From Cyanobium sp. (lineage in GTDB: Bacteria > Cyanobacteriota > Cyanobacteriia > PCC-6307 > Cyanobiaceae): a DNA stretch of 64,000 nucleotides. Positions 58,083 through 64,000 of the stretch are shown in pieces; the stretch's first letter is position 1; every line of letters starts with the position of its first letter. The notes under the pieces are model-generated. The model did not search any database. It saw only the letters and a list, made by a program, of their open reading frames with translations, and had not been told where the DNA came from. Position numbers and translations under genes: made by a program. The stretch lies in assembly GCA_044233545.1 (NCBI GenBank), contig JBIIJV010000001.1, positions 3,263 to 67,262 on the forward strand, given 5' to 3'.

Positions 58083-59419
58083 GGTTGTTGATTAGCAGAT
58101 GGGGGTATGGGGGCAGGGCCCTTTCCAATCCTGGACTGGGCCAGAAGGGCCATGCCCAGGGCCGCACTGGCATAGGCACGATGCAGCACCGGGCGCCCCA
58201 AGGCCCTCTGTCGCATCCGCCGCCATTGGGCATTGCGGGCACCGCCGCCAAGGCTGATCACACGCTTTACCGGAGGGGCCCCAAGGGCTTCGAGCCGTTG
58301 CCAACCGGCGACTTCAATGTCCGTTAGTCCTTCCAGCAGGGCCTGAAGGTAAAGGGCGTCGCTGATGGGTCGGGGTTCGAGTCGCGGTGCTAATTCCGGA
58401 TCGTCAACGGGAAAGCGCTCGCCATTTACTGCCAGGGGCAGCAGAGAGAGTCCCGTTCGACGTTCTGGATCGATCTGTCGGCTTAGCTCCTCGAGGTCGT
58501 TTGCCGAGAAGAACTGCAGCAGGATTCCAGCTCCGGCATTCGAAGCTCCCCCAACGAGCCAGCGCCCAGCGAGTCGGTGACAGCTGATGCCTGGCCCTTG
58601 CAGGGGCTCGGTCACAAATTGCTTCAATACCAAGGTGGTGCCCAACACCGTGATGCCGTCCCCTTCCTGGGGGTCGGCGGCAAGAACACCCGCGTTGGCG
58701 TCCGTGCTGCCTGCTACCACCAAACATTTCCTGTCCAGGCCTGTTTGCAGAGCCACCAGTTCAGACACCCTGCCGGGGCAGGAGCCGCTGGGGATGATCT
58801 GGGGCAGCGCAGCTGCCCAAGGCTGCTCGCCGATGCGGCCGCACCAGCGGTTTTCGATCAGATTCCAGCCCAGTCGGAGATTGTTGCCCTCCTCACCCCA
58901 GCGCCAGTCCCCCAGCAACCAGCCCATCAGCCAGTCCGCTTGATGACGCAATCGAAAAGCAGGGTCGCTCCATGGGAGCCTGGCCAATTGCATCAGTTGC
59001 AGGGCCCTGGCCAAGCTGCCGCTGGCCGAGGTGGCTGGACCGTCTATGGCTAGGGCCAAGGCCATGGCCGCTTGTTCAGGAAAAGACTGGTTGTAGGCGA
59101 GGGCTTGGCCTGCTGGCCCCTCCAGAAGGGAACCATCGTCATGGCAAAGCAGCAGAGTGCCTGAGGTTCCGGCAACGGCGATTGCAGCGACTTGGGAGCG
59201 CCAGGGGGAGGGCCATTCCTGGATCAAGCTTAAAAAGCCTTGCCGCCACGCCTCGGGACTGCTGAAAGAACCGGGGTAGGGGCTGCAGATTTCACTCACC
59301 AGATTGCCGCTGGCATCGACAAGGGCGAGGCGGAGGCCGCTGCTGCCCAAGTCAACGCCGATTGTCAGGGGCTTGATGGGGGGTGGCGAACCCTCAGCCC
59401 AGGGTGGCAGTGACACCAA
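58079..59419 (-). CDS. FGGY-family carbohydrate kinase
   Basis: LTIGVDLGSSGLRLALVD (N-terminal ATPase motif) and GGASNAGAGIL, SLGGGARN (C-terminal FGGY motifs). Confidence 0.85.
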   Translation of the reverse strand: MVSLPPWAEGSPPPIKPLTIGVDLGSSGLRLALVDASGNLVSEICSPYPGSFSSPEAWRQGFLSLIQEWPSPWRSQVAAIAVAGTSGTLLLCHDDGSLLEGPAGQALAYNQSFPEQAAMALALAIDGPATSASGSLARALQLMQLARLPWSDPAFRLRHQADWLMGWLLGDWRWGEEGNNLRLGWNLIENRWCGRIGEQPWAAALPQIIPSGSCPGRVSELVALQTGLDRKCLVVAGSTDANAGVLAADPQEGDGITVLGTTLVLKQFVTEPLQGPGISCHRLAGRWLVGGASNAGAGILLQFFSANDLEELSRQIDPERRTGLSLLPLAVNGERFPVDDPELAPRLEPRPISDALYLQALLEGLTDIEVAGWQRLEALGAPPVKRVISLGGGARNAQWRRMRQRALGRPVLHRAYASAALGMALLAQSRIGKGPAPIPPSANQQP

Positions 59420-59425
59420 GACTGG

Positions 59426-59469
59426 CAGTGGCCTGTTTGAGCTCAGCCAGTGGCCTGTTTGAGCTCAGC
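59426..59469. repeat. Perfect 22-bp tandem duplication (cagtggcctgtttgagctcagc x2) spanning the metK stop codon
   Basis: Read directly. Copy 2 encodes the last MetK residues (ELKQATG). The stop TGA spans the junction between the two copies (59443-59448). Confidence 0.9.
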
Positions 59470-60675
59470 GGCGATAGCACCTACATTTTCCCAGGGCAAG
59501 TCAAGATCGCTGCGACCGAAGTGGCCGTAGGCGGCAACGTCTTGGTAGAAACGACCACCCCGTTGACTTGGCAGTTGGCGGAGTCCAAAGGTGTTGATGA
59601 TGGCCCCAGGACGCAGGTCAAAGTGCTCTTGCACCAAGGCGGTTAGATCGGTGTTGCTTATGACGCCCGTGCCGAAACTTTCGACCAGGATGCTCACGGG
59701 CCTTGCCACACCAATGGCATAGCTGAGTTGGACCTCCACTTTGCTGGCCAATCCAGCTGCCACCAGTGCTTTGGCGACGTAGCGGGCGGCGTAGGCGGCT
59801 GAGCGATCCACCTTGGTGGGATCCTTGCCGGAAAAAGCCCCACCACCGTGGCGGGCGTAACCGCCATAGGTATCGACGATAATCTTGCGACCGGTCAGTC
59901 CGGCATCTCCTTGGGGACCTCCAACCACAAACTTGCCGGTGGGATTCACCAAAAAACGGGTTGAATCTTGTTTGGGCTTGAGCTTTAGATCAGCGGTGGC
60001 AGGTTCGACTACGTGGAGCCAGAGATCTGCGGCGATACGATCTCTGAGAGCTTTTTCTTCGCTGATTCCGTCGATTTCCGCAGTGTGCTGGGTGGAGATC
60101 AAGATCGTGTCGATCGCGACCGGTTGGTCATTTTCATAAACCACACTCACCTGGGTCTTGCCGTCTGGCAGCAGGTAATTCAATCGGCCGTCATGCCGGA
60201 CTTGGGCCAACTGACGGGCCAGGCGGTGGGCCAGGCTGATCGGCAGCGGCATGAGTTCGGGGGTCTCGTCGCAGGCGAAGCCGAACATGATTCCTTGGTC
60301 ACCCGCTCCGACCTTGTCCAGAGGATCTCCCTCATGGTCGTCGGCTTCGTCGACCCCTTGGGCTATGTCTGGTGATTGCTGATCTAGAGCGATCAGGACG
60401 GCGCAGCTTTTGGCATCGAAACCGCCAGCCCGTGCACCGGAATAACCAATTTTCTCGATGACACCTCGCACCAGAGTGTTGAAGTCGACTCTGGCTTTAG
60501 TGGTCACTTCACCGGTGATGAGGCAAAGTCCAGTATTAACAACGGTCTCGCAGGCTACCCGACTTTCTGGATCCTGGGCCAAAAGCGCATCCAGTACGGC
60601 ATCGCTGACCTGATCACAGATCTTGTCCGGATGCCCCTCAGTAACCGATTCCGAGGTGAAGACGTAGTTGCTCAT
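59443..60675 (-). CDS. metK: S-adenosylmethionine synthase
   Basis: [45 protein letters not shown]. Confidence 0.97.
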   Translation of the reverse strand: MSNYVFTSESVTEGHPDKICDQVSDAVLDALLAQDPESRVACETVVNTGLCLITGEVTTKARVDFNTLVRGVIEKIGYSGARAGGFDAKSCAVLIALDQQSPDIAQGVDEADDHEGDPLDKVGAGDQGIMFGFACDETPELMPLPISLAHRLARQLAQVRHDGRLNYLLPDGKTQVSVVYENDQPVAIDTILISTQHTAEIDGISEEKALRDRIAADLWLHVVEPATADLKLKPKQDSTRFLVNPTGKFVVGGPQGDAGLTGRKIIVDTYGGYARHGGGAFSGKDPTKVDRSAAYAARYVAKALVAAGLASKVEVQLSYAIGVARPVSILVESFGTGVISNTDLTALVQEHFDLRPGAIINTFGLRQLPSQRGGRFYQDVAAYGHFGRSDLDLPWENVGAIAAELKQATG

Positions 60676-60763
60676 TCCGGGACGAAAGGTTCAGTGACGA
60701 CACTATGACCTCGTCAGCGACTTCTGAAGTACGGATGGACACGCAGTCATTCGGGCCTCAGGC

Positions 60764-61555
60764 TTAAGGAGCCAGGCTCAACTGGTCCCAGTGCTGGAGG
60801 TGAGGGAAGCTGGGATCAAGGTCAAGGGGTCGGCGCCAGCCGGAGCAATAGCCCAGGATGACGCCGACACCAGCGGTTCGGGCCATGTACAGGTCGCTGT
60901 TAGCATCGCCAATTAGGGCGCATTCAGAAGGGGAGACCCCAAGCCATTGGCAAATACCATGCACCGCCCCTGGATCCGGTTTACGGGGGCGGTGGTCCGC
61001 GCTCCAAATGCCTTGAATCAAGAAACTGAGTTGATGACGATCAAGGAAAGACTGAATTCCTTGTTCATGGTCGTTACTGATAACGGCGCAAAGGACATCG
61101 TGGAAACGCAGTTCATGTAACAGCTTGATCAGCCCCTCAGTTGGTTCGGGTTTGGGGATTGATGCTGCTTCGTGGAGTCGATCCGTTATGGCAAAGACTT
61201 TTTCTGCGGTGGCGAGAGCCTCGGGCCAACCCAATCCCGCTTGGGTAAGCGCAGTAGCGGTACTGATCAGGTTGTGATCTTTGGCGGCGACCGCAATTAA
61301 GCCCGCCGGGTGAAGTCCGTGGTTAGGGATAAGGCCGTAGGCACGTTGAAGTAGATCTTTGAGTTCTTCGGACCGCCCGAAGATTGCGGAGTCAGCTGTT
61401 TGCTCCAAGCAATGGAGGATTCGTGACTCCGCTAAGGCCGTCAGCATGGGCTCGCTTTGACTCATGGTGCCGTCCTTATCGAAGAGGACAGCCCTGATCG
61501 GCGTTTTTTCGCTGGGGCGTGGAAGGCCCTGACCCCGGAGGTTCAGGTAAACCAT
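60764..61555 (-). CDS. HAD-superfamily hydrolase
   Basis: VLFDKDGTM (DxDGT motif I), VISND (motif II-like), GDANSDL (motif IV). Confidence 0.8.
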   Translation of the reverse strand: MVYLNLRGQGLPRPSEKTPIRAVLFDKDGTMSQSEPMLTALAESRILHCLEQTADSAIFGRSEELKDLLQRAYGLIPNHGLHPAGLIAVAAKDHNLISTATALTQAGLGWPEALATAEKVFAITDRLHEAASIPKPEPTEGLIKLLHELRFHDVLCAVISNDHEQGIQSFLDRHQLSFLIQGIWSADHRPRKPDPGAVHGICQWLGVSPSECALIGDANSDLYMARTAGVGVILGYCSGWRRPLDLDPSFPHLQHWDQLSLAP

Positions 61556-61588
61556 CGTTACTGCCAGCCTGGGTAGATCGGGTCCAGA

Positions 61589-62692
61589 TTAATCCTCATC
61601 AATAGATTCGGAGTCAATCGCTATCGTGTCACCATCTTCAGCCTGCTCAAGCAACATTTGTTTGTAGCGAGCTGCCATTTCCTCCGCTTTTTCAAAGACC
61701 TTCTGAGGATCGGTGAGCATGTCACCTGGCTCGGGTTCTAGAGCCTTGGTGGAGAGGGAGATGCGACCCCGTTCGGCATCAAGATCAATAATCATGACCT
61801 TCATTTGGTCATTGACATTGAGAACAGTATGGGGAGTCTCAATATGCTCGTGGCTGATTTCGGAAATGTGCAGCAGTCCACTGACACCACCAATATCAAT
61901 GAAGGCACCGTAGGGTTTGATGCCTCGCACGGTGCCAAGCACAACTTCACCAACTTCGAGTCGATTCATCTTGCGTTCGACCAAAGCGCGACGATGGCTG
62001 AGCACTAAACGGTTGCGCTCTTCATCAACTTCGAGGAATTTCAGAGGCAGGAAATCTGCCACCAATTCTTCTTTTGCCTTGCGGGTGCTGATGTGGCTGC
62101 CAGGAATGAAGCCCCTCAGCCCTTCGACGCGAACCAATGCCCCACCTCGGTTGGTAGCGAAGACTTCGCTGTAGATCGTGGCGTCCTCCTTTTGGAGCTG
62201 TCGGACTCGCTCCCATGCACGTTGGTATTCAATACGGCGCACCGAAAGAGTTAATTGCCCATCTTCGTTCTCTTCGCTGAGGATGAAGAATTCCCGTACT
62301 TCCCCAGGTTCCAGAACGTCTGATAGATGTTCAACCCGGTTGATCGAAACCTCTTGGAGAGGCATGAATGCGGCAGTCTTTGCACCAATATCAATCATGG
62401 CGCCCTTCGACTCAAGGGCAAAAACTGTGCCGTTGACTACGTCGCCAGGTTTGAAATTGTAATCGTATTTACTAAGTAGCGAAGCAAATTCATCCAGGGT
62501 GAAGCCCACTGCTTCAATGTCCTGCTTGGATTTGCGACTACTGGAATGGTCGGCCGTGGGGACGGCCTCCGGAACCTCAAATTCAATCCCCTCTTCGCTG
62601 GTGTCGTGAAGGGTGTCGATTTCCTCCAAAGAGCCTGGGGATGCGGCGCTGGCTTGGACTTGGTTCGGTTCGGAGGTCGTTGTCGCAGTCAT
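61589..62692 (-). CDS. rpsA: 30S ribosomal protein S1
   Basis: Three or more S1 domains (GDVVNGTVF..., GFIPGSHIS, GEVVLGTVRGIKPYGAFIDIGGVSGLLHISEIS). Confidence 0.95.
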   Translation of the reverse strand: MTATTTSEPNQVQASAASPGSLEEIDTLHDTSEEGIEFEVPEAVPTADHSSSRKSKQDIEAVGFTLDEFASLLSKYDYNFKPGDVVNGTVFALESKGAMIDIGAKTAAFMPLQEVSINRVEHLSDVLEPGEVREFFILSEENEDGQLTLSVRRIEYQRAWERVRQLQKEDATIYSEVFATNRGGALVRVEGLRGFIPGSHISTRKAKEELVADFLPLKFLEVDEERNRLVLSHRRALVERKMNRLEVGEVVLGTVRGIKPYGAFIDIGGVSGLLHISEISHEHIETPHTVLNVNDQMKVMIIDLDAERGRISLSTKALEPEPGDMLTDPQKVFEKAEEMAARYKQMLLEQAEDGDTIAIDSESIDED

Positions 62693-62794
62693 CGTTCAAT
62701 GGCGGTCTGCCTGGGGCAGTACGAAAGGAGTTGGCTTGCCGCCAGCAAGCCAACATCTCCATATTGTACCAATACATCTTGACAGCTTTGGGGA

Positions 62795-63292
62795 TCAAGG
62801 CACAGCCGCAAGCGTTGCTCTGGTCTTGCCGCGATTGGGTGTGGGCTCACCTAAGACCTCAAGGGCTGAGACAAAATCGCTCACACTCTTGAACTGACGA
62901 TAAACAGAAGCAAACCTCACATAGGCGACATCACTCATCTCCCGCAACTGCTGTAAAACCATTTCTCCGATTTCGTTGCTTGTCACTTCACGGCCAGCTC
63001 GCTGCTGCAGGCAAATTTCAATTTCATCGACTACAACTTCCAGGCTTGCCGGTGCCAGACCTGTTTTCTCACAAGCCCGAAGCAAACCGTGCAACAGTTT
63101 CGATCGGTTGAAGGTTTCGCGATGGCCGTTCCGTTTGAGCACCGTGATCGGAACGGTTTCAACCCTTTCGTAAGTGGTGAAGCGGAAGTCACAGTTCAGG
63201 CACTCGCGCCTCCGCCGCACGCTGCGCCCAGAATCCGCAGCCCGGGACTCTAGTACGCGACTATCAGTGTGTTGGCAGGAAGGGCATTGCAT
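62795..63292 (-). CDS. nrdR: Transcriptional repressor NrdR
   Basis: From ATG 63292: [17 protein letters not shown]...[20 protein letters not shown] zinc ribbon plus ATP-cone. The ORF-track N-terminal extension is not native-looking. Confidence 0.9.
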   Translation of the reverse strand: MQCPSCQHTDSRVLESRAADSGRSVRRRRECLNCDFRFTTYERVETVPITVLKRNGHRETFNRSKLLHGLLRACEKTGLAPASLEVVVDEIEICLQQRAGREVTSNEIGEMVLQQLREMSDVAYVRFASVYRQFKSVSDFVSALEVLGEPTPNRGKTRATLAAVP

Positions 63293-63368
63293 GCCCGTGA
63301 ACTCCAATTGTTCATCAATCTTAGACAGGCTTGTACAGATTGAACAGCCCCTCGTCTCCATTCCCAAT

Positions 63369-63388
63369 AAAAAAGCCCCTTTCGGGGC
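63369..63388 (-). terminator. Rho-independent terminator downstream of psbT
   Basis: Minus strand: GCCCC-GAAA-GGGGC followed by TTTTTT, ~30 nt after the psbT stop. Confidence 0.7.
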
Positions 63389-63416
63389 ATTTAGCTGGGA
63401 CGCTTGTCCTGATTGA

Positions 63417-63512
63417 TCATTTACCGATCTTTGGAGGATCGCGAAAGGCGATGGCAAAGAACAACGTTGAAATGGCCAGGGCCAGAATCAGGATGTAGGC
63501 AAAGCTTTCCAT
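63417..63512 (-). CDS. psbT: Photosystem II reaction centre protein T
   Basis: [31 protein letters not shown] (31 aa). Below the ORF-track cutoff. Sits directly downstream of psbB, as is usual. Confidence 0.92.
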   Translation of the reverse strand: MESFAYILILALAISTLFFAIAFRDPPKIGK

Positions 63513-63536
63513 GGAGTGTCCTCGAGTGTCCTGCGG

Positions 63537-64000
63537 TCAGCTGAGTGTGGTTCCTGCCGGAGGCACATAGCCCTCAGGTAGGCGACGGGTTGAACGGTCT
63601 CCGAGCTTTTGGAATAGCCCGAATTCCACTTGCTCGCCGAGGTCCGGGTCGATGCCGGCGAAAACATCGCGGTAAAGGGTGCGGGCACCATGCCAGATAT
63701 GCCCAAAGAAGAAAAGTAGGGCGAAGGTGGCATGACCGAAAGTAAACCAACCCCGTGGTGAACTCCGGAAAGTTCCGTCGGAGTGGTATTTCTCGCGGTC
63801 AAATTCAAAAGCTTCACCTAATTGGGCTTTACGGGCAAGCCTCTTGACATCGGCTGGGTCTTTGAAGGTTTGACCATTGAGGGCACCGCCATAAACGGTT
63901 GCCGTGACGCCTTGCTGCTCAAATGAGTATTTGGCTTCAGCTCGGCGGAAGGGAATATCAGCACGAACTCCGCCCTCTTTATCCTGGAGGACAATGGGGA
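63537..64000 (-). CDS. psbB: Photosystem II CP47 apoprotein, 3' part (continues beyond the window)
   Basis: Minus-strand translation: ...[55 protein letters not shown]...PAGTTLS*. Not listed in the ORF track. Confidence 0.92.
   Translation of the reverse strand, partial: PIVLQDKEGGVRADIPFRRAEAKYSFEQQGVTATVYGGALNGQTFKDPADVKRLARKAQLGEAFEFDREKYHSDGTFRSSPRGWFTFGHATFALLFFFGHIWHGARTLYRDVFAGIDPDLGEQVEFGLFQKLGDRSTRRLPEGYVPPAGTTLS

Noticed and set aside
60676-60763. Possible SAM riboswitch upstream of metK.
   Set aside because: The 88-nt leader shows no helices or conserved cores I can match to SAM-I/II/IV/V classes. It is too short and unstructured by eye.

Overview
This window looks like a chromosome segment from a high-GC picocyanobacterium (Synechococcus/Cyanobium-like). 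That inference rests on psbB/psbT, the phycobilisome genes and the ptpA...tRNA-Phe arrangement. There are five blocks.

1. ~0.5-9.9 kb: an AT-rich leader, then a four-gene envelope module of unknown function. It encodes a two-partner-secretion (TPS) exoprotein with a C-terminal CHAT (caspase-like) domain, a ShlB/FhaC-type transporter, a CHASE2 class III nucleotidyl cyclase, and a convergent DUF928-like secreted protein.
2. 10-15.5 kb: housekeeping genes (fabI, a PPTase, a thioredoxin-like protein, a DegT aminotransferase, an M20 amidohydrolase).
3. 15.6-21.9 kb: a complete seven-gene Nit1C / sll0783-type cluster (flavin oxidoreductase, Sll0783-like, nitrilase, radical SAM, GNAT, AIR-synthase-like, MSMEG_0570-like). 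This conserved cluster has an unknown product.
4. 22-31 kb: an AT-rich LysR-like regulator islet, a PAO-type Rieske oxygenase, an aldo/keto reductase, purM, rlpA, the panC-cmk fusion and ptpA.
5. ~31.0-56.8 kb: a complete phycobilisome rod region between ptpA and tRNA-Phe(GAA). It encodes phycocyanin (cpcBA), class I phycoerythrin (cpeBA) and no PE-II. It also carries E/F-, S- and T-type bilin lyases, three PE linkers, a CpcG/CpcL-type linker, cpeR, pebA/pebB, and, unusually, heme oxygenase and ferrochelatase genes inside the region.

The right end carries comF, an FGGY kinase, metK, a HAD hydrolase, rpsA, nrdR, psbT and the 3' end of psbB.

I saw no rRNA, CRISPR array, transposase or integrase. 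All GC statements are rough hand counts on sampled 60-nt lines. All family assignments come from motif recognition by eye, not database searches.
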